A stretch of 64,000 nucleotides of DNA, taken from NCBI GenBank assembly GCA_051362555.1, contig CM120642.1, forward strand, positions 14,446,001 through 14,510,000. The letters are read 5' to 3'. Shown here piece after piece: positions 48,111 to 59,307 of the stretch. The notes beneath the pieces were generated by a model. It did not search any database and was not told the origin of the DNA. It saw only the letters and a list, made by a program, of their open reading frames with translations. The translations under genes were made by a program, and so were the position numbers. This DNA comes from Lingula anatina. Lineage: Eukaryota; Animalia; Brachiopoda. The stretch's first letter is position 1, and each line of letters opens with the position of its first letter.

Positions 48111-51100
48111 CAAGGAGTTATAACAGAAGGAGATTACACGCGTGGGGGAGGAGCCCGTATTACGGTCTCTCATTGGTCGGAATGAATAGAACCCAGAGAA
48201 CAATGGATGCCTATCTCTGTTACGCTTAATTGTTGCTCTCGTTTAAATCTCGTTTGTTAGTATCTGTGCCTTCGTCTGTTGATTTTTGAGGACAGAAACA
48301 GAAACGGAGTCCCAAGTTTCTAAAAAATGAGAGAAATACAGAATTTATATGATATTACGTTGGACAAGGTTTTCAAAAAACAGGTAAGTGCTTTTAAATG
48401 CATAACTACTCGAAATATGAAGATAAATTGCAACTTTTATGCCGTGGGGTCTCACTGTGTAAGTGTCCAGCTACACGTCGATCTCGCGAGGTGGTGTGTG
48501 GAGCATAAATATTGTACGAAAAATATTTCCCACTCATAACAAGTGCTTATAAATAAAGTATCAGATGAAGAAAGTTTGGTCTTTATACAGTTGCAATTGT
48601 TAAGTAATTTGTGGCAATAGCAAAGAATAAAACTTAGGTGCACTTTCAGTAGCCGAATAACAAGCAGATGCTTAAGCCGCCATCTTGTTAATATTTCGAA
48701 AAAAAATTACTCCAAAAGACATTTTCCTCCTACTTTTTGAAACTTGTGTCACATGACAGTCATAAAATTTAACTAATTGTTATGTGTGCAACACACTTGC
48801 TTGAGCAGTGTTGTTTTTTTTTTGCGATTTTACATGTGGTCTCGCTTGGATACGACAATTGACAATTTTCATGAGTTCCGATCAAAAAGTGTTACGCTTG
48901 TTACGGCCAAAAGCCTTACCGCTTTTTGTACTTTTCAAATGCAAGATTATAAAAAAATTTGGTGTGTTTAGATTCTTGAACATCTTGGTCGTGGCGTGGT
49001 ATATATTGAATGGATACTGCTCCAATATTTCTTGAAAAAAATAACCTGATTTGTTCAGAATACCAATTTTTTACTCTAGTGTTATGGGTAAATGTACCAT
49101 TTTGGCCTTTACCTTTTTCATGTTTAAATCTAAAAAGACTAATCATGACAGTTGGTCATCATTTTTCTTCTCACCATGGTGGATGGCTTTGGAGTGGTAA
49201 CTTTGTTGTTAAAGTAAAGTGCTCAGTTTTTTTGACTGGAAAATTTTGCCTCCACCCAGCATTTTCCATCATGGCGGTCTAACAGGAAGTTTGACTTCAT
49301 GGCATAGTTATTTTTAACTTATTTAGTCTTCTTTTTACATATATATGTTTTAATTCATATTAAACCTTTGAAAAAAGAACACACATGAATCCTGGTGCTT
49401 TTAATTTAAAGTCTTAAGTTCACCTAGGCTCCACCAATTACTTTACCTGTTATCTCACTTCACATCTCCCTTTGAGTCAAGGTGTGTAAGACACACCTTA
49501 TTGTGTAAGACACCTCTATAATTAAGGGGTACTTGCTTCTCTACTTCAATTATACTTCACTACTTTGGCATGTTAGGTGGCAAGCTTGGATGTTTCAGTT
49601 CATTTTAAGAAAGAAGCTTTGCCTTGGTGGTTACAAAAGAATAGAACTCTATTAAGGTTTATTCATTACTTGAAAGTAAATATTTCATCTTGCAGTGTTG
49701 AAACAGAAATTCTCTCAAAATTGATAATGAATTTTACATGCATATCTTAACACTACTCAAGTTTTTTTCTTCTATTATAGATATGGGAGAAAGCTGCATT
49801 GAATATATGAATTATGGTCAGGCTGGAAAAAATTTAAAAATGTCAATGAAAAAAGGAGGTCAGCGTGTCTGGGGTAAGTTACTTTTGTCATAATGCCTAA
49901 GATGCATTAAACATTCACTAACAATAGTACACTTTTTAATTTTTTTCAAAATACAACAACCTTGGGCATTTTCCTTTTAGCAACCAGCCTCTCTGAAATC
50001 CCCTTTTTGTCCTGTCAGAAGAGTAGGAACCAGGGCGGATTTAAATAATTTCTTGTAATAAGTACAATTTCTTTCAATTTCTTGGGGTTATTAGCTTGTG
50101 ATCATGAATCTTGAGATTCTACATAAATTTAGTTGTAAATTGTTCATTTATGTGGTGAACATTATTTCAGTCAAGTCATAACAAGACACATTAAACTTCA
50201 CTGCATAATTCCATAATGTCTACATGGATACTAGTAGTTCATAATGCTATTATTATGTTTTTTTTCTAACCTACAGGTTTCTCTCTTTTCTGAGTGGCAT
50301 GGCATTGGCAGGCAGAAGAAAAGGCCCTGAAGAAATTCTCACTTGGTTTGTCCTTTTTGGAGAAGAAACTGGATAAGACTGGCCAACAGAGATTGCATTA
50401 AATTAATAGTGCTCCTTCATGACATTTTAAAATATTTTCAGTCACCTAACTGACTCTATACATTTCAAAAGTTGACATAAATGTTACGTTACTGTCACGT
50501 GGAAAAAAAATCAAAACCTATATATAATTTGTTGAGTGCCATGGTATAACAGTCTACTTGATTGCCAGTAAAATTTGGACTGTTTCAGTGAAATTTCTTT
50601 AAAGCAGTCACTTACTGGCCCAGTTAATTTTTTCAGCTGTAACATGTACTCCAGTTCATTTTATAAATGTAATTACTAAGTGTTCTCTCGATTTATAATA
50701 ACCTTTTGAAAATCCCATGTTTTTTATCCTATTTGTAAGAACTAGCCACTTTATCTTCTAGGTTTTTTTTCATTCAGCCCATTAGATTCTCAGACCTTGC
50801 TGGCCTGTGAGTGGAATAGTATCTGGCACAGACTGGTATCAGCAAGTCAGATAAAAAAGAATATAATTATTTCTATTTGCACGGTTGAAAAAAATTCCAA
50901 CACAGACTGCATAAAACTGGGAAACTATAGCAACTTAATCATTCTTATGACTTCATTAATTACTGCTTATGTGTAAAATTTTGTTTTTGTTCTTCTATTG
51001 ATATAATAAAATGGTTTTACTCACAGATGCTACTATCATGATGCTTGAGTATAGAGTTGACTTAAAAGATATTTTAAGTTAATATAGTAAATAATAGTTT

Positions 51101-51971
51101 GAAATTCAAAATTCTCATCTTTATTTGTTTCACTTTAAAGAGCTCAGTTAATACTAAAATTTCTGATATATTTTAAACATAAATATATTTATGAATGAAT
51201 AAAAATTATACTTAATGTTTAGCACTGTGCACTTGTTTACCGACAAATAAGAAGTGTTAGTATGTGTCAAAATAATCCTGAAAATAAAAAGGGAGATTTC
51301 CAAGATAAAGAAATTTATAACGAGTATTTAGTAAACTGACATGTAGTGGAATTGCCTCAACCTGTGATTAAAATTTCACTTTAATGCATTATGATCTTAA
51401 AATTATACCGAGTGAGAGAAAAAAATACTTAAAGAAATTAAAAACCAGTCACAAAGCTTAGGCACTGTCTCAATGTATATGTTTATGGGACCAAAGAGCA
51501 GGGGGGTCCAAATGTTTATGTATTAATATTATGCCCTTTGGCAGTGAGGACAGACGTTCACTTGAATGTCATTTTCACAAACCACAGTTGGGACGTTTTC
51601 TTTTGACTTATCCTTGGTGATTTTTCACTGTGTTGTGCAAAAGAAAAGCCATCTATCACCGACTCAAAAAAACTCATGGCGACCATCCTCAGTCACCACC
51701 TTATAATCGCTTTCTATGATATCGTTCCCTCCCAGCACATCGTCCAAATAACTACCTGTGAAAAAAATCGTCAGCATACAGCGCCGCTTTGACACTACTG
51801 ATCTCGAATTCTAACGCGAAATAACGCATATAAAATCAATCTCCAAGCGGAGGAGAGCGACCCAGACGAAACCTTGAGACAGGAGGCCCCCCGTAGCTAG
51901 CTCCGCCCACCGTAACAGACATCGGACAATAGAGAGGCTTGCGTGTAATCTCCTTCTGTTATAACTCCTTG
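48111..51971. mobile_element. P-superfamily-like non-autonomous DNA transposon, 3.86 kb
   Basis: Perfect 31-bp TIRs caaggagttataacagaaggagattacacgc (48111-48141 and 51941-51971). 7-bp TSD cctttac (48104-48110 and 51972-51978). CAAGG ends with a 7-8 bp TSD fit the P superfamily (classification is inference). CpG-rich subtermini; no transposase ORF. Confidence 0.9.
48637..49424. mobile_element. Possible TA-flanked MITE nested in the P-like element
   Basis: ta|ggtgcactt ... aagttcacc|ta (one mismatch) around a CpG-richer interior. The TIR is short, so the call is weak. Confidence 0.35.
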
Positions 51972-52387
51972 CCTTTACTTTCTATTATGTTTCCTGTTTT
52001 AACGTGGGTTATAATAACATACATTATTCTCTTGCCTATGATGAAGTGTCGAATAAGAACTTTTCCTCATTAGCGAAGGAAACGGCTGTTCAGTTTTAAT
52101 TGAAAATAAGAACAGCGACGTTGCGTGCGGATGCTATTACAGTAAGGGAGGGACCGTCAGATTTCTCTGTCACATTGTGAAAATGTTCTTGTTCATTTTG
52201 TGCATGTTCAATACCGAAAGACCTCACTACAAAGAAAAATAACAATAGAAAAAACAACTCGTCCCCGACTGCACTTCCAGGAGATAATGTTCCATTTGAT
52301 TAACACTAATTTTGGTTGCATTTCGTTAATTGATTTTTTCGCTTGAAACGTTGTAGCGTGTTGCTGCAAGGAAATTGTGAACACTTT

Positions 52388-53662
52388 AAGATAAGATAAG
52401 ATAAGAGTAAGATAAGAGTTTATTCAGCCATTAATATATAAATATAAAATTCATATAAAACGGAAATTGGACTGCTATTCGGGTTACAAATTATAAATAA
52501 ATAAATTATAAATTTCCATTTTTGTTGTTAAAATAAGACACAGCAGATGGGTAAAAACTCTTTAAAAACCTTTTAGATCCCTTAAAAGTTAAAAGCCTGC
52601 AGTTGCTCGGTAAAAATTTAAAAAGCCCATGTGCGGGGTGGGTATAGTCAGACATGATTTTCTCTGTTTTTGTTACTGATCTATTAGTATAGATGGCACC
52701 TAGAGAGGGGAGTTCCAGACCGATGATTTTGCCGCACGTTGATGTGACCATATCTAGACGCTTGCGTTCTTCTACAGTGGCCCGCCCATACCATACTATG
52801 ATTGCAAATGTTAATATACTTTCTATAACGCATTTGTAAAAGTTTGCTAAAATCATTTCATTTGAAGTAAAATCCTTCAACTTTCTTAAAAAATATACCC
52901 TTTGCCTCGCTTTTTTTAACTGTTTGTCTATGTGGTCCTTCCATGTAAGTGAGCTATTGAATTCTACCCCCAGCAGTCTAAAATTGGCTACTTGCTTTAC
53001 TGCAGTGCCACTGATATGAATGGGTTCTTTCACATTTCTGTTCTTTCTGAAGTCAACAATCATTTCCTTAGTCTTCTCTACATTCAGTAACAAATCGTTG
53101 TCTTTACACCATTGTACAACTGAGTTGACATCGTTTCTATACCAGGTCTCATCATTATCACTTATTAAGCCAATTAAAGTGGTGTCGTCTGCAAACTTCA
53201 CGATGCAATTACTCTCATGAGATGAAACACAATCATACGTGAACAAGCTGTACAGACATGGTGACAGAACACAACCCTGAGGCGCACCTGTATTTAAAAC
53301 CACAATATCAGAAGTACTTGTACCCACTTTCACAGCTTGTCTCCTGTCTAATAAAAAATCTAAAACCCAACTGCATAAAAATGAAGGAAATTTCAGTTCG
53401 TTTAAAAGCTTAGCATAAAGTTTTTGTGGAATAATGGTATTAAAAGCCGAGCTGTAGTCTATAAATAAGATCCTTGCGTATGTGTTTTTCTTATCTGCGT
53501 GTTCTAAAATGTTGTGTATGCACATACTAAGAGCGTCATCTACGCTTCTATTGCGTCTATATGCAAACTGAAAGGGATCAAGTGTCTCTGGTACGATGGT
53601 TTTAATATACGACAGAACAAGTTTCTCTAGAATTTTCATTGGAACTTCATTAGAATTTTCAT
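52388..53662 (-). mobile_element. 5'-truncated non-LTR retrotransposon (Rex1/Babar-like LINE)
   Basis: RT ORF 53639-52506, short AT-rich 3' UTR, AATAAA and a (CTTAT)n tail at ~52388-52416. No endonuclease domain upstream. Confidence 0.9.
52506..53639 (-). pseudogene. Reverse transcriptase fragment of the LINE (377 uninterrupted codons)
   Basis: LDPFQFAYRRNRSVDDA, ARILFIDYSSAFNTI, TGAPQGCVLSP, KFADD, LNVEKTKEMIVDFRK, HPAHGLF. This motif set is typical of Rex1/Babar RTs. Confidence 0.93.
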
Positions 53663-55828
53663 CTTTGAAGTAATTATGGTCGTTATTTGTTTCAAATAGC
53701 TAGGGCGTTGACGAAGATCAGGTTTCAGGGAGTTGTGAACTCTGCACGTGCACTTTGAAATGGTGCAATAAAAAGGGAAGTTGTCAGCAATGTCAATGCG
53801 AAGATTTTCACAGTATGGAATCGGGCTCAAAAGCGATATCAGACGCCAAGATTAACAAGAAATCCCACCACGTGCAGAAAACATGCATTAATTTAATTTA
53901 AATTCAACTCGTCTGGTAACCCACGGTGGTCCATTCTAGTGCCCGGTTTTGGGTAGTTCCCGTCTCAGCACACGTTCAGGTTAAAGTTTCTTTTTCGTTT
54001 TTATTCTCTTTTTAGTTTCGATCAAGACGCAGCGTTACACTTAGCGTGAGCGCGTGTTGGAGTGCACGTGAGTAGCTTCTGATGGGGGGGGGGGAGTAAA
54101 AGCATAAACTTTACGAAAACGACTTCTTTATAAAACATTTATCCCAACTGATATAAAAATGTACAATGTATTTTTACGTACATTAGCAAAGTAAAAACAA
54201 TATGGTTTGATACCAAGCATGTATAGAATGGGACAATCGTCACATGATCATTGCAACGGCTACCTAGCTGATATTTTAATTGTATACTATATACTGTGTA
54301 TCGCATCCCTTTTGCATTTTCGGTATCACAATCTAACGAGGATGCGTTCAAGATGTAAATAAGAAACCTATCCTGATACAAAATGTATTTCAAAACAGAA
54401 TGCAATGATGTAACCATAAACTGAATACCAGTTTGTGAAAAAAAAAAAACATTTGCTTAAGACGTTTGGAAATGGAATGACAAATACACGTCTTCAAAAC
54501 CTTTATAAATCTGTAATGACAGCATACAATAAAATTTGTCAACTGAAGCGCCTGGTGCACGTGTTATGAAGCCGGCAAAAGGTATATAAAAGCATTTTTG
54601 CAATTTTCTGTTTAACTTGCAGCTTATAACTTGGCAATAAGGCTTTGATGAAAACTTTGCAGGCTTATATGTGAATATATTAACTGGCAATACATTTAAC
54701 AAAACACTAAAACTGGCAACAAGTGTCCACATATGTTAAACAAACTGCAGATATAAAACATTGCAAAAAGGAATCTGCAAAAACTGCCATTGCAAAATTT
54801 AAAGTTCATTATAAGATAAATGCATCTTTCAATAATTTCACTTCTTAATAATTTCTTCTCGGCTGATTAGAAAACATCAAAATTTTATTCATGATTTTGA
54901 CTGGTAATCATCCGGACACGACGTAAAAACCAATCCTGATTTTAAATGTCAAAATTAGTACACATCACAAAATTGTACATTTAGCACCAAACAACATATA
55001 GGCTACGTGTATCACTATTGAGGTTTCGGTTCTTTACTATTATTAGTAGCTGCCTGGTGTTGCTTAATTCAAACATGGACTACACGTGAACAGTATCTTA
55101 TCGATAAAAAACACCTGCGCTGGCGGACAAAGCTCAAGTTTTCACGTTCATGACGATGGGTACTTTCTTATCTTAGTTCTAATTGCATTGATAAAAAATA
55201 AAGATCCATATATCTTTAGCATTTCTCGGGATTGCATTACACCTCAGATTGGAAGTAGTATAGTTAACATATAACACGACTTAAACCCCATGGGTATATT
55301 TTCCTCATAGCTCAAGGGATGTAGGAAGGGTTTTGCGTAGTAACAACTAACGTGACATATGGCATAATTCAACTAGATGAATACTAAAAACAAAACTGCC
55401 TCTAATACGCCTGATGCTGCACAACCTTTGGAAAGCTATTTACATATATTATATGTTGCACCTGACAACATAATTGCAGAATCCCTTCATGCTAGAGGCT
55501 TTGTTGCGTTTCAAATGTTTCTAATTACACGTACAATATTCACAAGATTCAACAGGCTATTTTGTTGCAATATTTCTACAGTGAGGTCTGACAACTTATC
55601 TAGTTGTCACGATCTCCGCAGAATAATCCTCTGAGTTTCAGAGGAGCATGCATGTTCTACTGAGCCTTTTTTTACTATACGTAGAGAATTTTATAAGCGT
55701 CTTCACCCCCATAAAGTGTCATAGAGATTAATAAAAGTCGCCATATCTGACACCAAGAAAAGCCTGATGTCAATTAAAAAAAAAACACAGCAATACAGAT
55801 ATATATATATGCTATTTTATACCGTGCC

Positions 55829-57004
55829 TCACGTGGCTAAAGGTATCACAGTGGCATTGATTAAACCTGTGCTGTTAGTGTTGCCGGTAGCAAACCACAT
55901 AACGACTTGAAAGAATAACATCACAACTATTTTGGTAAACCAGTTGTCTTGGAAATAGATTGTTTTTGTGGTAGGATTAGACACGGGCCTGAGGGTGGCA
56001 CTCCCTGAAGTAGGGGCGGTGGTTGTAATACACGTCAGGTCTTTCCCCGTTAAACTTGTGATTGTTCTCCCTTTCAGTTCCTCTGGCATTGCGCAGACGA
56101 TAGTGGCCTTCGTTGCCATGGGGAGCGTCGAGTCAAGCACCCATTTTAAATCGCAATCGCAGACGATGGGGTTCTTATTTAAATTCAACAGAGAAGTGCT
56201 TTTCAATCCAGAAAATTCGTTTCTGGCAAATGTTTTGATTTGATTATTCTGTAAACTGTACTGAACATCGCCTGTGACTCCTCCAAAGGCGCCAGCCTCC
56301 CATCCTTGAATACCACAATTCTCCAAATTTACCTTCTTCACATTGCTCATTCCCATAAAAGCGCCATTCCTTATTATGCTTATATTTGAGCGGGAAAAAG
56401 TAAGGAAGTCGACGTTTGATAAACCGAGGAAAGAGGCGTTGGTGAGCTCTCCCAAGTGCTTGTTGTCGGTGAGGATGAAAGACTGTACATTAGACAATTG
56501 GTTGAAGGCACCTGGGTGAATCTTGCGTAGCTTTGTGCTGCTTAGATACAAATAATCAATTTTACTAGATCCCGAAAAGGCGTTTGGCTTTATTTCTTCT
56601 ATAGGATTATCTCTGAGATGAAAATAGATCACGCTCTCTATTCCGCTGAGAGAGTGCGGCTCCAGCGTCCGGATGGGATTCCCTCTGAGGGACAAACTCG
56701 ATAGCTCTTTAAGTCCCATGAAAGCCATCGACTCGATAACAGATACATTGGCATATTCTATGGTTAAGTCTTGGAGTTTCGGAAGATTTGAAAAGGCGTG
56801 CGTGGGTATAGTAGTTATGCGGCTTCTGTCTAAATTAAGTGTCCTAGTGTTGGTGGGTATATCGCTGGGAATGCTAAGGATATCTTTACAGCGCACAGTG
56901 CTGTCGGCTATGCACTCACATCCGTTGGGACACCCGTAGATCAAACTCCATGACTGGACAATCACATACACGAAGGTACTTAGGAGAAAACGCACGCTCG
57001 CCAT
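55829..57004 (-). CDS. Single-coding-exon LRR surface protein, 391 aa (SP-LRRNT-LRRs-LRRCT-Thr/Pro stalk-hydrophobic tail)
   Basis: Signal peptide, CPNGCEC...VRC, about 9 LRRs (LNLDRSRITTI, LSLRGNPIRTL, etc.), NPIVCDCDL...CAMPEELKG...LTC, stalk TTTAPTSGSAT, hydrophobic IVVMLFFQVVMWFA. A splice acceptor (tttcag) ends at 57034, just upstream of the ATG. Confidence 0.92.
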   Translation of the reverse strand: MASVRFLLSTFVYVIVQSWSLIYGCPNGCECIADSTVRCKDILSIPSDIPTNTRTLNLDRSRITTIPTHAFSNLPKLQDLTIEYANVSVIESMAFMGLKELSSLSLRGNPIRTLEPHSLSGIESVIYFHLRDNPIEEIKPNAFSGSSKIDYLYLSSTKLRKIHPGAFNQLSNVQSFILTDNKHLGELTNASFLGLSNVDFLTFSRSNISIIRNGAFMGMSNVKKVNLENCGIQGWEAGAFGGVTGDVQYSLQNNQIKTFARNEFSGLKSTSLLNLNKNPIVCDCDLKWVLDSTLPMATKATIVCAMPEELKGRTITSLTGKDLTCITTTAPTSGSATLRPVSNPTTKTIYFQDNWFTKIVVMLFFQVVMWFATGNTNSTGLINATVIPLAT

Positions 57005-57138
57005 CCTGGCTAACCGATGTCGCTTCTTCCGTACTGAAATGGTGAAAAAAAGTGAAGGACATAAATAAACAGCACATATTTTTCTAAAAGTTAAATGATC
57101 TAATTTAAAGTTAACATTTCACCCAGAATAAGTTATAT

Positions 57139-57383
57139 TAGAAAAGCACTCCGAGAGCGCAGACCTCCGCCAAGGCAGCGATTTTTTTATTATTATTGAT
57201 TATTGATTGATTATTGGTCACCACGAAAAACTCATCACTTCCAAGTTAACCCATTTCCCACCTACCCTGAAAATTTCATCAAAATCGGTCCATAACTTTT
57301 TGAGTTATGTTGATTACAAACAAACAGACAGACAGACAGACAGACAAACAGGGGTTTAAACATAACCTCCTTGGCGGAGGTAA
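57139..57383 (+). mobile_element. HINE/DINE-1-like (Helentron-associated) non-autonomous element
   Basis: Subterminal inverted repeat acctccgccaagg / ccttggcggaggt, internal (GACA)n microsatellite and a 3' hairpin acctcc-ttggc-ggaggt. Confidence 0.75.
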
Positions 57384-58664
57384 AAATTCGCTAATTTCGC
57401 GAAAGATTAGCCCTAAGGCATGATACCTAATATCATGAAAGCAGAATTTAATGAAGAACTACACTGGTCACTAAACGCACTTCAAGTAGAACGCGTCTAT
57501 TAGTCAGAATCAGCAAAACAAACTCCCCAGGCCTTTGATTTAAAGTATTGGGATTAAAGACATAAAACTAGTAGTGACTATCACTGCGCTATCTGCCGAT
57601 GATTCACACGCCCGCGCAGTACTGTAGTGCTTAGCTTTCCCTCAAACAGAGAGCAATTTAAACCACAATAATTTCACCACTCCGCCTTCGATTAAAAGTG
57701 ACTTTTAACGACAGTTACTCAACCTGGAAATTATTCACTTATATTCAGACCATTCATTTTTCACGATTATTGTGATTGCCATCATGCTTTCTCGCGACCT
57801 TACATCTTTACCAGTGACATCTTCCTTATTTCTAAGGTATCAAAATGTCAGGTATTAGCCTTTGGCTGTAATAACCATACCATTACAATAAGACAGAATT
57901 CAAACAGTGCTTTAACGCCGAGGGTAGGAAATAGAACACCTCATGTAGGGATCACAGGCGACGCACTGTGCCGAGACAACCTATTCTACTCGACTTGCCA
58001 CTTGCCCAAAGGCAAGCTGCCTAAAAACAAGGCCAAGAATACCTGATGAGATACCTTTAACTATGGAGGTAGCGGCAGAAGCTTAACTTTTCTTTAAGTA
58101 ATTTTTTCAGTGCATAACTCACAAATAACAAGTGAAGCCATTGAATCAACTATGGAAATATTGAACTTGAAATATGAAATGAAATTCCGAACTGTTTACC
58201 AAATATGCTCCTTCAAATCTTTATAGCCAAATATGGATTAACGACCCTTTACCTGTACTTCTAGGGTAGCTCTTTTTTTCCCATATTTCAACGTACATAC
58301 AAAAACCGACCCCACTCGTCAGGAAATTTCTTTTGAAATTAACCTTGAGCCATGCAATTTTATTTATCAATTCAAACACCTTCCCTTGAAATCAAATACC
58401 CATTTAAGTGAAAGGTTCCACTAAAATCGGTTCAACTACGGGGGCGGAAAGTGACATGCCCCTTTGGCAGATGACATCTAGACCTAATGTGACGCATGGA
58501 ATTCTACCTGGGCATGACTCTGGGCAGTGACTCAGTTTTCTGATGTTAACTTTAATAATTCTAAATAAAATAAAGATAAATACCTGCCCAATAAGAATGC
58601 AAATTCTATTTTAAAAATGTATGGGACTTCAGTTCCTTCAGCTGGTATCCTTATTTTACTCTAC

Positions 58665-58729
58665 CTGCCCAGGTTCACACACAAGAGAGACACATGCAGT
58701 GCTTTGTTACCTTCTATCCCACCTTTATA
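58665..58729 (-). promoter_or_regulatory. Candidate TATA box and short non-coding first exon for the 55829-57004 gene
   Basis: Minus-strand TATAAAG at 58729-58723 and CAG|GTAGAG donor at 58665/58664, which could pair with the acceptor at 57034. Confidence 0.3.
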
Positions 58730-59266
58730 CCTGACTATTTGGTTCGCCTACGGTTTGAAAAGGTATGTTAACCAAACTATGTATCCTTAGTACACTAAAA
58801 TCTAAAATTTTCCTACTAAAATCGGCTAAGCTCTACAAGTTTGGCCTTAGCAAAGCAATGGAGATAAACTCTGGAAATCACAGTCACTGCCTACCTGTGC
58901 TCTACCTGGCTCTATACCTTGTCTCTAGGGCTAATGAGTTATATAAAGCTGGTTCACCTTGGCTGACTTCTACAAAGCCAGAGAAGAGAGATGGACACGC
59001 TCTGATTAACGCAATAAATCTTCATAACGTTTAACTTTTTTCAGCCGAATTAATAAAAGCAATTCGCCCGACTTGCAGTGAATAATAAATTGTACAATCT
59101 AGGCTTATCTTTCAAAATCGAATACTTAGGAGATTTTGTCATTTTTTTCTGTGTTAATCACAAGTAATTTTCGAGACGACACTCCTTCATCACAAGAAAC
59201 TTATATTGCTACTGTGTACCTTTTAATGGAACTTTGGCTGACGGATCAAAATCAGAAACTTATTCA

Positions 59267-59307
59267 CATATGCTGACTGAGTATGTGGGATACTCAGTCA
59301 GCATATG
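59267..59307. repeat. Perfect 18-bp inverted repeat with 5-nt loop
   Basis: catatgctgactgagtat-gtggg-atactcagtcagcatatg. Confidence 0.95.

Noticed and set aside
48384-50276. snoRNA host gene interpretation of the spliced cassette
   Set aside because: No convincing C/D or H/ACA box structure seen, and the cassette lies within transposon TIRs.
58645-58652. GTATCCTT U12-like donor on the + strand
   Set aside because: No associated exon or reading frame.
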